Source: Gemmatimonadales bacterium
Lineage (GTDB): Bacteria; Gemmatimonadota; Gemmatimonadetes; Gemmatimonadales; GWC2-71-9
DNA: 64,000 bases
Assembly: GCA_041577295.1 (NCBI GenBank)
Contig: JBFGJG010000019.1
Location: forward strand, 1 to 64,000
Reading direction: 5' to 3'
Shown: one piece after another, positions 17,150 to 27,441 of the stretch
How the letters are laid out: each line of letters starts with the position of its first letter
Numbering within the stretch: position 1 is the stretch's first letter
Notes under the pieces: generated by a model
What the model saw: the letters and a program-made list of their open reading frames with translations, nothing else
What the model was told of the DNA's origin: nothing
Databases searched by the model: none
Position numbers and translations under genes: made by a program

Positions 17150-17720
17150 CACGCCCTCTCGAAGGCATTCGGGTCAACGCGAGCCCAACCGCCAACACCA
17201 ATCCCAAGCCAACGAAGACCCTCGGCTCCAGTACGACGACCCGCCCGAGCAGTCGAAGTCGCCCACCCGGCGGTCGGTCGCTACTCGAAGTCTCGAAAAG
17301 CACGTCGAGGTAGTAGCGTCCTGGTTGATGGATCTCGAAGGCCGGTAGACGCACCGGTGGCGCGCCCGGAAACGCGCGAACCCACGGTCGCGCCCACCCG
17401 GATTGCTCGCGCACGATCGCTCCAGCCGTGTCGAGGATTCGAAGCCGATATCGCATGCGCTCGCGCAGTCGCGGTTGGAGTTGCGCGAGGTCGACACGGT
17501 AGGGGGACCGTTGCGGCGTGAGGCGGAGCGACCCAATTCGGGCGGACAGTCCGCTGTCCACCAGGCTGATGTTGAGCCCCATGAGCGGTGTCGTCCGACC
17601 TGACGGAAGCTCGAGAACGGCCACGGTTTCCCCAACCACCCAAATCACCCACACCCAATAGCCGAAACCGGCCCCAAGCGCGAGCGCCACGAGTGCGGCT
17701 CCGATGATGGGTGGGCGCAA
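17121..17720 (-). CDS. Hypothetical membrane protein
   Basis: N- and C-terminal TM segments; starts just after the glpD stop. Confidence 0.55.
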   Translation of the reverse strand: MRPPIIGAALVALALGAGFGYWVWVIWVVGETVAVLELPSGRTTPLMGLNISLVDSGLSARIGSLRLTPQRSPYRVDLAQLQPRLRERMRYRLRILDTAGAIVREQSGWARPWVRAFPGAPPVRLPAFEIHQPGRYYLDVLFETSSSDRPPGGRLRLLGRVVVLEPRVFVGLGLVLAVGLALTRMPSRGRANRPIPLES

Positions 17721-17726
17721 GCTACC

Positions 17727-19292
17727 TTACGCGTCCACCAAGTACCCACGAGCGATCTGTTCGTACGCTCTGGTCTGACGCACAATCCACTGTTGATCCC
17801 GATCGAGGAGCTCTGCCATGACCTGCGCCACGCGCGGTGCCATGAGGAGAGCTGCACGCGCATTCAAAAACGTGGCGCGGCTCCGCCGAGACAGATAATC
17901 GTCCACCGTGCGTGCCATCTCATGCTTCACCGACCAGACGATCTCCCCCGCCCGATACGGCAGTGCCGGATGGAGCTGGTCTGCGTAACCAGTGCCGGAC
18001 TCGATCAGCGACTCCACCGCGGTCGCGTCGGCACCGTACCACGCCAGATCGCCGAAGCGGTCCGCATCGCGCATATGGCCGTGAATCCGCAGCGTTTTCG
18101 TGACACAAGGACGTTCCTCCAGATCGCCAATGGTAATGGCCTGATCGACACAATCCTCGGCCATGTTGCGATAGGTCGTCCACTTCCCACCGGTGATGGT
18201 CATCAATCCGGAGTGTGAGATCTCGATCGTGTGATCGCGCGACAGCTCTGCCGTGTTCTCCGATTCTCCCATGCGCACGAGCGGACGAATGCCGGCGAAC
18301 ACCGACAGAATGTCCTTCTTGGTGGGATCTCTCACGAGATATTGAATCGCCGTCTCGAGGATGAAATCGATCTCTTCCGGCTTGGCGCGAGGCTCCAACG
18401 GGCAGTCCTCTAGGGGAGTGTCAGTTGTGCCGACGATCACGTGATTGTGCCACGGCACGGCGAATAAGACTCGTCCATCGGATGTGCGGGGCACCATGAT
18501 CGCCGAGTCGCCGGCAAGAAACTCGCGCGGCAACGTGATGTGGACGCCCTGACTCGGGGAGATCATGGGCTTTGCGTCGGGCTGGTCGAGACGACGAATG
18601 GCATCGGTGAAGGGCCCGGTGGCATTGATGACGACACGAGCACGCGCCGTCAGCTCCTGGTCACCTTCGACGTCATGCACACGGACACCGGATACGAAGC
18701 CGCCGCCGTTCTTGATCAATTCTGTGACGCGCGCGTAGTTGATCACCGTGGCGCCCTGCTCGAAGGCCGTCCGGGCGAGGGCGATCAGCAAGCGCGCATC
18801 ATCAAATTGGCCGTCGTGGTACAGGACTCCGCCGCGCAGGCCGGCCCGCTCGATATTGGGGAGCCGCTCGATGGTCTCAGCGACGGAAAGCGACTGCGAC
18901 TTTCCAAACCGATACCTCCCGGCCAACACATCGTACACCTTCATCCCGACGCCGTAGAACGGCGCCTCCCACCACTCGTAGTTGGGAACGACAAACTCGA
19001 GGTCGCGCACCAGGTGGGGGGCGTTCTGGTGGAGGATCCCCCGCTCCCGTAGCGCCTCCATGACGAGGGGGACGTTTCCCTGTTTCAGATAGCGTACCCC
19101 GCCATGCACCAGCTTTGTCGATCGCGTGGAGGTACCCTTTCCAAAGTCGGACTGCTCGAGCAGGAGGACGTCGTAGCCTCGAGAGGCAGCGTCTACAGCA
19201 ACACCCATCCCCGTGGCGCCACCACCGATGATGAGCAGGTCCCAGGGAGCCGACCGTTCCAAAAGCCGGTCGATCATCGCATCACGGTCCAT
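17727..19292 (-). CDS. glpD: FAD-dependent glycerol-3-phosphate dehydrogenase
   Basis: 'IIGGGATG', 'GTSTRSTKLVHGGVRYL', 'DGQFDDAR', 'GGKWTTYR'. Confidence 0.93.
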   Translation of the reverse strand: MDRDAMIDRLLERSAPWDLLIIGGGATGMGVAVDAASRGYDVLLLEQSDFGKGTSTRSTKLVHGGVRYLKQGNVPLVMEALRERGILHQNAPHLVRDLEFVVPNYEWWEAPFYGVGMKVYDVLAGRYRFGKSQSLSVAETIERLPNIERAGLRGGVLYHDGQFDDARLLIALARTAFEQGATVINYARVTELIKNGGGFVSGVRVHDVEGDQELTARARVVINATGPFTDAIRRLDQPDAKPMISPSQGVHITLPREFLAGDSAIMVPRTSDGRVLFAVPWHNHVIVGTTDTPLEDCPLEPRAKPEEIDFILETAIQYLVRDPTKKDILSVFAGIRPLVRMGESENTAELSRDHTIEISHSGLMTITGGKWTTYRNMAEDCVDQAITIGDLEERPCVTKTLRIHGHMRDADRFGDLAWYGADATAVESLIESGTGYADQLHPALPYRAGEIVWSVKHEMARTVDDYLSRRSRATFLNARAALLMAPRVAQVMAELLDRDQQWIVRQTRAYEQIARGYLVDA

Positions 19293-19489
19293 GGGGGAGA
19301 ATGGTAACCCCCGTACCGGACCTCGTCAGCGGTGCGGGGCCGGGTCCGGGCCCTCGGCAGCGAGATATTCGGAGATCGTGCCATGTGGAAGAACGGCGCC
19401 ATTGATGCCGATGGCGAGTCTCGATGTCGTGGAGCGGCACACACAGCTGCCGACGGCGCTCCACGCCATAGGGAAGGTCGGGGACCGGA

Positions 19490-19760
19490 ACGGCCTGTGG
19501 AGGTCGGGGGGATCGACTGGCTCGAGGACGCCGGAAACTACGTGCGCCTCCATGCCTGAGAGCAGACGTACTCGCTGCGCCGCGCACTCGGCTCCCCGGA
19601 ACGTGCCTTCGATCCTAAGCGGCTCGTCCGGATTCACCGTTCGACCATCGTCAACCTCGATCGCGTCGTGAAGCTGCGACCGGAATGGCATGGAGACTTC
19701 GACGTCGTCCTCGCCGACAGATCCTGCTGCGCATGAGCCGCACGCATCGCTTGCGAGTGC
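19490..19760 (+). pseudogene. Degraded LytTR DNA-binding domain
   Basis: IDWLEDAGNYVRLHA*EQTYSLR..RIHRSTIVNLDRV..HGDFDVVL; TGA at 19557 and a frameshift near 19719 before LRMSRTHR. Confidence 0.85.
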
Positions 19761-19917
19761 ATCCGAACGAGCGGTGCGGCGAGGGGCATACTTGTTGCGC
19801 TTGTGAGCTACTTCACTGGGACTTCCGGGCTCGGAGGACCAGTACAATGTCGCATCGGCTCACCGTTGTCGATGACACGCGACGCCAACACGAGCCCGGG
19901 GCCACCACGGAGGACTC

Positions 19918-20289
19918 ATGGCGCGGTCTGCGAGCGAACGCGAAGGGATTCTCATCGGGACTGACCAGCAATACCGCTGGCTCGATGGCATCGTCCGCGC
20001 GGTGGTGCTGCTGAACCTCGCCGACGCGCTCTTTACCCTGTGGTGGATTCACGCGGGACTTGCCGTCGAGGCGAATGCGCTCATGCGTGACCTGGTCGAT
20101 CACGGGGCGCTTCCATTCGTGCTTGCGAAGATCGCGTTGGTCTCGCTGGGAGCGACATTCTTATGGCTGCGCCGCACCCATGCGCTCGCCGTGGTAGCCA
20201 TATTTGGGACCTTCCTCGTCTACTATCTCGTCCTCCTCTATCACATTCAATTCACCAGCCAGCTAGTCATCGTCCGCTTCGGACTGTAG
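19918..20289 (+). CDS. DUF5658-like membrane protein
   Basis: 'LNLADALFTL...EANALM...F.LAK'. Confidence 0.75.
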   Translation: MARSASEREGILIGTDQQYRWLDGIVRAVVLLNLADALFTLWWIHAGLAVEANALMRDLVDHGALPFVLAKIALVSLGATFLWLRRTHALAVVAIFGTFLVYYLVLLYHIQFTSQLVIVRFGL

Positions 20290-20429
20290 CGGCTGCGGGG
20301 GTTTGACCACCCGCCGGTTCTGATTACACTGCCGACCGACCACTAGCGCCCAGATACGTCTCAGGCGTTTCCCCAGCACCGTTCGGCGGGATGTGATCTC
20401 ATGACGTTCGAGCCCGCGACCATGCACAG

Positions 20430-21974
20430 ATGACGAAGGTGACGGCCGCCACGTTACGGCGTTGGTGGGTGGCGCTCGCGTTGTTCACCGTACTCCTTCG
20501 GCTGCCGGCGCTGTTGCATCCCCGCCAAATCGACGACGAGGCGGTCTACGCTGTGGTGGCCGTCGAGATCGTGGAGGGGGGAAAGCCTTACGTCGACGCG
20601 GTGGAGCGAAAACCACCGCTGCTGTTTTGGACCTATTCGCTGGTCGTGGCGTTGGGGGGAGCCTACAACTGGTACGCCTTGCATCTGGCGTGCGCGATCT
20701 GGACCCTCCTCACCATGGCCGCGATCTACGCGCTCACAGCCCGTCTCTTTGAGCCGCGAGCGGGGCTCGTCGCGGCAGCGCTCTACTCGCTGTACGTCCC
20801 GTGGGCGACATGGAAGAACCTCGCGTTCAACGGCGAGGTGCTCATGAACCTCCCCATCGCCTGCGCCTTCCTTTTGACGCTGCGACCATCCTCATCGCGA
20901 ACGCGTCCCGAGCTGGTGCTGGCCGGGGCGCTGTTGGCGGCGGCCTTTCTGCTGAAACAGCCTGGCGCCATTGCCGCGGTGCCGGCCGGGATCTACCTGC
21001 TGCTCCCCAGTTACCGGCGCGTTCGCGGGCTGGGGCTGGGGCACTCACTGTTGCACGCCGGGAGTCTGACGCTGGGATTTTGGCTGACGCTGGCTGGTGT
21101 GGCAGCCGTGCTGTGGCAGCAAGGGATACTCACAGAAGCCTACTTCTGGACGATCACCGATCACGACGTCCCGCACGGGATCAGCGATCCTGTCTTTTGG
21201 GTCCGTGGTGGGCGGATGACGCTGGCGTTCGTGGGGGCATGCGCCCCGCTTGTTATCGGGAGCGCGATCGTGATCCGGGAGCGATGGGATGGCGCCGCCG
21301 AACGCTGGCGGGGGAAAGAGGCGGAGTTTGTAGCGTTGGCCCTACTGCTGGTTGCATCGGTGATCGGCACAGCCGCAAGCGGCAGGTTCTACCCCCATTA
21401 CTTCATCCAAGCGGTCCTTCCACTGTCTATCCTGGCGGCCCCGGTGATTGCTGAGGTGCTAGCCAACCGGCGGACGCGTCACCTGCGATGGTTGAGCCAT
21501 CGTGTGATCGGTGTGTGGTTGGGGCTCACCGCCGTCGGGTTCCTCACGGCGCATGCGATTGGGCTCAGCCGGCAGCGCCAGGAGATGGACGTAGGGCGCT
21601 ACGCGCGGGAACAGACCAGCGCCGACGCGCGAATCTTCGTCTGGGGTCAAGCGACGGGAGTCTATTGCGATGCGCAGCGGCGACCGGCCTCCCGGTACAT
21701 CGCCACGTTCCCGCTCACGGGCTACATCTTTGGGAGCCCGCTGAGCTGGGATCCCACCCACGATACCGCACATCGGATTGTCTCGGGGAGTTGGGAATCA
21801 TTCCTGGCGGATGTGCGCGCGCACCCCCCTACTCTCATCATTGACGTCGACGCGGCACGGAGAGTTCCCCGCTATCCGATTGAGCAATTCCCCATTCTGG
21901 CCGAGCTCGTCGCGTCGGAGTATGAACTGGTCTATCGCGGGCGGGAGGGTCACGTCTACCGGAGGCGCGGATAG
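20430..21974 (+). CDS. GT-C/ArnT-like (PMT_2) membrane glycosyltransferase
   Basis: 'DDEAVY', 'KPPLL', many TMs, 'YPHYF'. Confidence 0.85.
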   Translation: MTKVTAATLRRWWVALALFTVLLRLPALLHPRQIDDEAVYAVVAVEIVEGGKPYVDAVERKPPLLFWTYSLVVALGGAYNWYALHLACAIWTLLTMAAIYALTARLFEPRAGLVAAALYSLYVPWATWKNLAFNGEVLMNLPIACAFLLTLRPSSSRTRPELVLAGALLAAAFLLKQPGAIAAVPAGIYLLLPSYRRVRGLGLGHSLLHAGSLTLGFWLTLAGVAAVLWQQGILTEAYFWTITDHDVPHGISDPVFWVRGGRMTLAFVGACAPLVIGSAIVIRERWDGAAERWRGKEAEFVALALLLVASVIGTAASGRFYPHYFIQAVLPLSILAAPVIAEVLANRRTRHLRWLSHRVIGVWLGLTAVGFLTAHAIGLSRQRQEMDVGRYAREQTSADARIFVWGQATGVYCDAQRRPASRYIATFPLTGYIFGSPLSWDPTHDTAHRIVSGSWESFLADVRAHPPTLIIDVDAARRVPRYPIEQFPILAELVASEYELVYRGREGHVYRRRG

Positions 21975-22006
21975 AAGGGTACGAGGACTGCTATCTTCGT
22001 AGGGGT

Positions 22007-23605
22007 ATGAACGTGCCCAGTCGAACGATCGCGGCGGCGGCCCTGCTTCTGAGCTGGCCCTCGGCGGCGCCCTCGCAGAGTCCACGAGTGACCGACCCAC
22101 TTGCGGTGGCACGGATCGACTCCGTGATCGTCACCCAGCGCAACGTGTTTGACGAGGACGAGGCGCGTTCGAACTTTCTCTTCCGACTGTCCAACGCGTT
22201 TCACATTCAGACACGCAGTTTTGTCATCCGCCAGGAGCTGTTGTTCGCTCCTGGCGATCCCGTGGACACGCTCGTGTTGAACGAGACCGCGAGGAACCTT
22301 CGGGCGCTGGGGCTCTTCCGCGACGTCGACATCGACACCGTCCGCGTGGATGATCGCCTCGTTGCTCAGGTGGACGTGGCGGACGCGTGGACCACGACGC
22401 TCCAAGCGGATGCGCGCACGACGGGAGGGCAGGTGATGTGGGGGCTGGGTCTCAAGGAGAAGAACATTCTGGGTACTGGCACCCTGTTTCGCACGAAGTT
22501 CCGCAAGGAGGTCGATCGAAACTCCTTTACGCTCGAGGCGTCCCAGAACCGGTTGCTGGCTTCGCGCGCGGGTTTCTTCTGGCGGTGGGACCAGCTCAGC
22601 GATGGCAACAAGGGCGACTGGGGTGTTGGTCTGCCATTTCGGGCGTTCGCGGATCGCAACGCTTTCGAGTTGACTGGCTCGTGGGCATCGCGCCGGGTCC
22701 TCCAGTTTCGCAACGGATTTCTCAACGATTCCTCGGGCCAATTCTTTCAGCGACTATTCTCGCTGAATATGCGCACGGCGGTGGCACCGAAGGCCTCCGA
22801 GAGCGGCTATGTGCGCTTGGGATTTCTTGCGCAACTAAAGCGCGAGGAGTACATGCTGTTGGCGGATACGGCGCGCGCGGTACCGGACACGGTGAGCGCA
22901 GCGGTCGGCGTCGGTATCGAGATGGCCAAAGCCAGATTCCTCGTCACCCAATACTATCTCGCATTTGCCCGGGACGTCGACGTCGACATCTCTCCCCGGC
23001 TCGCCGTGGGTCTGTGGCTGGCACCGAGCGCGTTCGGATACGAGCGGACCGGCATCGGTCCGGTCCTCGATTTCCAGATCGGCGGATCGATAGGAGGGCG
23101 ACACTTCGCGGTGATCGAGGGGCACGTCAACGGGCTGTTCACGTCCTCCGGCCTCGACTCCGGGCAGGTACGCGGTGTTCTGACCGCCGTGACGCAACCG
23201 ATACCCCGAACGGCTACCGTGTTGCGCGTGGAAGCGGGCGTGCTCGAGGGAGCCCCCCCGTCTCACGAGTTCGACGTAGGCTTCGACCGTGGGCTGCGAC
23301 GATTCCCCGCGCACGCTTTCACGGGGGAGGTTGAGCTCTGGTGGACGTTGGAGGAACGGGTGTTTCTCATCGATTCGTTCCTCAAGTTGTTTGGGATCGG
23401 ATTTGCAGGGTTCGTCGACTATGGAGGCGCGTGGTTCCAGGACCAGCCCGCCCGTTTTGGTGGCAGCGTTGGCTTCGGGCTGCGGTTATCGTCCACCCGT
23501 GCAGGTGCCATCACCATGGGCCGGCTCGACCTCGCGTACCGCTTTGGCGAAGGATTCGGTGACAGTCGCTGGGTGTTTAGCTTCGGCAGAAATGTTACGT
23601 TCTGA
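22007..23605 (+). CDS. Omp85/BamA-TamA-like outer-membrane protein
   Basis: Signal peptide, POTRA-like 'IRQELLF..ETARNLRALGLF', barrel 'GLRRFP..FVDYGGAW..GFGLR', terminal Phe. Confidence 0.8.
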   Translation: MNVPSRTIAAAALLLSWPSAAPSQSPRVTDPLAVARIDSVIVTQRNVFDEDEARSNFLFRLSNAFHIQTRSFVIRQELLFAPGDPVDTLVLNETARNLRALGLFRDVDIDTVRVDDRLVAQVDVADAWTTTLQADARTTGGQVMWGLGLKEKNILGTGTLFRTKFRKEVDRNSFTLEASQNRLLASRAGFFWRWDQLSDGNKGDWGVGLPFRAFADRNAFELTGSWASRRVLQFRNGFLNDSSGQFFQRLFSLNMRTAVAPKASESGYVRLGFLAQLKREEYMLLADTARAVPDTVSAAVGVGIEMAKARFLVTQYYLAFARDVDVDISPRLAVGLWLAPSAFGYERTGIGPVLDFQIGGSIGGRHFAVIEGHVNGLFTSSGLDSGQVRGVLTAVTQPIPRTATVLRVEAGVLEGAPPSHEFDVGFDRGLRRFPAHAFTGEVELWWTLEERVFLIDSFLKLFGIGFAGFVDYGGAWFQDQPARFGGSVGFGLRLSSTRAGAITMGRLDLAYRFGEGFGDSRWVFSFGRNVTF

Positions 23606-23654
23606 AGTTGGGATTGGCCGGATGGAATACCGATAGCTCGAGGAGCGGGATACC

Positions 23655-23864
23655 GTGGGCAATCAACTCCAGAAACCCCTTAAACGCTCCACAGACGATC
23701 GCATGATCGCGGGCGTCTGTGGCGGCATCGCGAAGTGGCTCGACTGGGATCCGACCGTCGTTCGTGTCGCGTACGTCCTGCTCTCGCTATTCTCGGCCGC
23801 GTTCCCCGGCATCATCGCCTACATCATCCTCTGGCTCTTGATCCCCGAGGAAGGCTACGCCTGA
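23655..23864 (+). CDS. PspC-domain protein
   Basis: 'RSTDDRMIAGVCGGIA..DPTVVR..AYIILW'. Confidence 0.92.
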   Translation: MGNQLQKPLKRSTDDRMIAGVCGGIAKWLDWDPTVVRVAYVLLSLFSAAFPGIIAYIILWLLIPEEGYA

Positions 23865-24673
23865 GTTACGTGGCGCACTTTGCGCATACGAGTGAGCACC
23901 CAGCCTCCCGCTAGTAGCAGGAACGTCATGAGGACTGCACCCGTGATCCGCGCGGGGAGGCTGGCCAGGCTCGCGTACGTCTGCATCTGCCCGTCGGCCG
24001 CGATGACGCGGATGCGCGGATTTCCCGCGATGCCGTCGAGCAACGGCAGACGTCCCATGATTCCCGTCGGTCCCCAGTAGTTGCCAAACCGTTCCAGCAC
24101 GTACACCGCGCCGTCATTGATCGCTATCCCCGTTGGGAACCACAGCCCCCGGCTTCGGGCAATGGTGGTAACGTGACCTGCTGGGGTCACTTTACGGACG
24201 CGATGGTTGTCATAATCGGCCACGTAGAGATTGCCAGATCCATCGACGCTAAAGGCCACCGGCCTGCGGAATCTGGCCTGGTGGCCGTTGGCGTCGCGAA
24301 AACCCGGCTCCGCACTCCCCGCCAAGATGACCACCGAGCCATCGGTCCGCCGCATGAGTATCCGGTTGCGATCGATGCGATATGCCGGACCTGATATCGC
24401 ACCGGTGAACACCGTGTCCGGAAGATATCCTCCCTCGGGAAAGTCGACGGAACCGTCTGGTCGCACAAACAACACGTTGGTGTGAACACCCCGTGCGATC
24501 GCGGTGAGGCGGCCATCGGCCTCCACTCGCCAGACGATGTCTCGCGCCGTATCGCAGAAGTACAGCCGGCCGGCGTCGTCGAATACGATGGCAGACCCAA
24601 CGTGCGCTTCCGCGGGCGAGACGACCGCCGCCGTCGCCAGCAACACGCCGAGGACGTGAATGGACCGGCTCAC
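23855..24673 (-). CDS. Secreted NHL-repeat protein with C-terminal anchor
   Basis: 'ARFRRP..VDGSGNLYVADYDNHRVRKV'. Confidence 0.8.
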   Translation of the reverse strand: MSRSIHVLGVLLATAAVVSPAEAHVGSAIVFDDAGRLYFCDTARDIVWRVEADGRLTAIARGVHTNVLFVRPDGSVDFPEGGYLPDTVFTGAISGPAYRIDRNRILMRRTDGSVVILAGSAEPGFRDANGHQARFRRPVAFSVDGSGNLYVADYDNHRVRKVTPAGHVTTIARSRGLWFPTGIAINDGAVYVLERFGNYWGPTGIMGRLPLLDGIAGNPRIRVIAADGQMQTYASLASLPARITGAVLMTFLLLAGGWVLTRMRKVRHVTQA

Positions 24674-25089
24674 GCGAGCATCTCGAGCAGCCCTAGGAGT
24701 TCGTAGGTCTTGGGCGTCAGCTGATCGTGTACAGCTCGTTTCTTGAGCGCATTCGGGGGAACGAGTACGAACCCCATGCTCTCGGTCAGCACGGGTTCGA
24801 GACGAACGTAATCATCGAAATCGATGGTCAGGCGATAAAGGTGGTACACGGCGTCCGATAATCCCACCTCGTGCCGCTTGGGTTTGAGCTTGCGCGCTCG
24901 CTTAGCCAGAAGGCCACTGGCTTCTTCCTCAGCAAGCTCCCGGACGAGGCCATCAAACGGCTTTTCTCGGGGCTCGATATGGCCGCCCAAGAGCTCGAGC
25001 CTTCCGTGCTTGCGCATCCCTGGCGCCTGCTTGCGTGAGAACAACAGAAGGTCGTTCTCCCCTCGAACTGTGACGAGCACCTTGGCCAC
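24670..25089 (-). CDS. NUDIX hydrolase
   Basis: 'GGHIEPREKPFDGLVRELAEE' Nudix box; GTG 25089 preceded by GGAG. Confidence 0.8.
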   Translation of the reverse strand: MAKVLVTVRGENDLLLFSRKQAPGMRKHGRLELLGGHIEPREKPFDGLVRELAEEEASGLLAKRARKLKPKRHEVGLSDAVYHLYRLTIDFDDYVRLEPVLTESMGFVLVPPNALKKRAVHDQLTPKTYELLGLLEMLA

Positions 25090-25112
25090 CTCCGGCAAAC
25101 GCCCCACGCGTC

Positions 25113-25313
25113 TCAGCGCTCCAAGCAAACGCCCTGTGGTCCCGATACGTCCGGACCGCAGCTGAGCGAACAGCACTCGAGATCCCCGATACAGCGTTCA
25201 CCGGTGGACTTGCACACTGGGTTGGTTCCGGCGATGTCGCATCCGGCAAGTCCGGGCGAAACGAATGACACCACACCCAACAACAGAGCGAGCGAGACGC
25301 GTCGTTTGCGCAT
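25113..25313 (-). CDS. Small Cys-rich lipoprotein with cystine-knot spacing
   Basis: MRKRR-hydrophobic-LAGC lipobox; C-x6-C-x5-CC-x3-C-x10-C. Confidence 0.7.
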   Translation of the reverse strand: MRKRRVSLALLLGVVSFVSPGLAGCDIAGTNPVCKSTGERCIGDLECCSLSCGPDVSGPQGVCLER

Positions 25314-25336
25314 CCGGTGAGAGCGATGGCGTTGGA

Positions 25337-26122
25337 TCAAAACCCTGCCGTAATGCCGGTCTTGAGGGCCGTGTCGAGCGATCGCACGTCGTCGGGTGGG
25401 CGACTGTCGTATCGCAGATCGAACGAGACTAAGAGCGAGATACGCTGGCTGACTGGCACCGTGAGGTCGACCTCGGACAGGTTGCGCAAATCGCCAAAAC
25501 GGTCGATTCGAGGCTGCAGGTAATTGATGGCGGTCAGGACGATGTCCCGCCCGAATTCGACCCGCACCGACACGTAATTACTCCAGCGGCTGACGTTGGT
25601 GGTGCGGGGATGTTGCGCGCCCAAGGGCAGATCGAGACGCTCGTGCTCGAACATGTAGGCCGAACCCACTCGGATCTGGGCGGTTTCTGCCGCGAGCAGG
25701 CCGATACGGACCCCGCCACCGACCAACCAGCGAAGGTCGAGCCGCTGCGGCTTGTTGTAGTTGACCTGGGCAAAGGCCTCCGGTCCGAACCGCGGACGCA
25801 CCCGGTATCCCTGTCGGAGATGGACCAAGGCTGCGTTTGAGAACCGATCTCCGCCCTGAAAACCTAGGTCGCCATTCACGATCAATAGTGTGCTGCTTCT
25901 CTCCGAGTTGTGATCCAACCTTCCGCGAAGCGTAAACTGCACGATATCGACGTTGCCCGTGCGCACCGAGAGGTCGAGTCCGGCGGTGCCGGAAACCCCA
26001 AGCGCATTCTCGTCGGGTCGCAGACTCTCGATGTTGACCTGTGCAGCGGCCGGGCCCGCATTCGCGACGAGGAGAGTTACGATTGTCGTCCAGCGCACGG
26101 TGCTGTTGGCAGCTCGTTTCAT
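25337..26122 (-). CDS. DUF481 outer-membrane beta-barrel
   Basis: Signal peptide 'AAAQVNIESLR', 'TGNVD', amphipathic strands, terminal Phe. Confidence 0.82.
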   Translation of the reverse strand: MKRAANSTVRWTTIVTLLVANAGPAAAQVNIESLRPDENALGVSGTAGLDLSVRTGNVDIVQFTLRGRLDHNSERSSTLLIVNGDLGFQGGDRFSNAALVHLRQGYRVRPRFGPEAFAQVNYNKPQRLDLRWLVGGGVRIGLLAAETAQIRVGSAYMFEHERLDLPLGAQHPRTTNVSRWSNYVSVRVEFGRDIVLTAINYLQPRIDRFGDLRNLSEVDLTVPVSQRISLLVSFDLRYDSRPPDDVRSLDTALKTGITAGF

Positions 26123-26334
26123 GCACGAATGATCAACCGAAGAAGCGGGACAGGTGCCTGAGGAGGGCCAACATAGTGGGCACGCGTACGACGCACAACA
26201 CGCTTTACTCCAACTGGTGACGTGACACTGTGGGCAGAGGGCGAGGGGGAGACTCGTCACTAAGTGTGTGTGACGCAGCCACATCAGCTGCGGTTGTTAG
26301 GTTCGTCACAGCTTGAGCAGACCGTCCCTGTCTA

Positions 26335-27387
26335 TTGTCGCCCCCGACTGGAGCGCAGGGAGGTCTGAAATTGTCGCTGAATCGTGAGCAAAAACTCGCC
26401 GCTTGGACCACTCCGCTGAATGGCATCTTGTGCTTGGCGCTCGTGTTGGCATGTGAGATTCCCGAGCCACCGGATGCCGTTTGGGTACACATTCCCGAGG
26501 GAGCCTCGCTTGAAGCGGTTTCGGAATCCCTTGCGACCCACGCAATCGTGTCATCGGCTGCATCCTTTGCGCGGTTCGCGCGGATGGGCCAGAAGCACTT
26601 GGGAATCAAGCCTGGCACCTACCCCTTCCGCCCGCGCACTCCGATGGGCAAGGTGCTCGGTGCCCTTCGCAAGGGCCGTCCCCCAGTCCAGCGGGTCGTG
26701 GTCCGCGAGGGGGGGTGGTTAGATGAGATTGCCGCGACGGTCCAGCAGCGGATGGGGATTCCTGCTGAGAGCCTACACGCAGCGGCTCGGGATTCCGCGC
26801 TGCGCTCCATCGCCGGCACTCGGGGGCAGAACGTCAATGGGTACCTGTTCCCGACCACGTACTACGTCCCAGTCCACGCGTCGGCACACGAGGTGCTTCG
26901 GCAAATGGTCGACACGTTCGTGACGCGCTGGCGGCCGGAATGGAATGCGCGGCTCGACACGTTGGGGCTCAGTCGCGATGAGCTCGTAACGCTTGCGTCG
27001 ATCGTCGAAGGGGAATTAGTCCACGGGGGCGACCGCGGCGAGATTGCGTCGGTCTATCACAACCGGCTCGCGCGCGGGATGCGGTTGCAAGCTGATCCCA
27101 CCGTTGTCTACGCGTTGGGTAAGAGACGACGGCTCTACCACGGCGACTATGCGGTCAAATCTGAATACAACACCTATCGCTTCAACGGGCTGCCGCCCGG
27201 TCCGATCAATCAGCCATCGCTCGGCAGTTTGGAGGCGGTGCTCTATCCGCCCGATACGGAGTTCCTCTATTTCGTGGCGCAACGCGACGGTCGGCACGCG
27301 TTTTCACGGACCTACAAAGAGCACCTCCGGTCCATCAGGGAAATCCGTGGCAGACGGGTGAAGCCAAAGCAGGCGGCCGGTCAGTGA
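26335..27387 (+). CDS. mltG: Endolytic transglycosylase MltG
   Basis: 'GYLFPTTY', 'LASIVEGE', 'NRL..GMRLQADPT', 'YNTY..GLPPGPI'; start uncertain. Confidence 0.92.
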   Translation: MSPPTGAQGGLKLSLNREQKLAAWTTPLNGILCLALVLACEIPEPPDAVWVHIPEGASLEAVSESLATHAIVSSAASFARFARMGQKHLGIKPGTYPFRPRTPMGKVLGALRKGRPPVQRVVVREGGWLDEIAATVQQRMGIPAESLHAAARDSALRSIAGTRGQNVNGYLFPTTYYVPVHASAHEVLRQMVDTFVTRWRPEWNARLDTLGLSRDELVTLASIVEGELVHGGDRGEIASVYHNRLARGMRLQADPTVVYALGKRRRLYHGDYAVKSEYNTYRFNGLPPGPINQPSLGSLEAVLYPPDTEFLYFVAQRDGRHAFSRTYKEHLRSIREIRGRRVKPKQAAGQ

Positions 27388-27441
27388 TGCCAAATCGATA
27401 AGGGATAGGCAAGGGGGAGCGCATCCTCGCCGTCAACCCTC

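Noticed and set aside
19557..19559. Selenocysteine/readthrough TGA in LytTR
   Set aside because: The position is not a Cys site in LytTR domains, and a second lesion (frameshift) indicates decay
26268..26290. CRP/FNR-like site TGTGACGCAGCCACAT
   Set aside because: Spacing and right half-site do not match TGTGA-N6-TCACA
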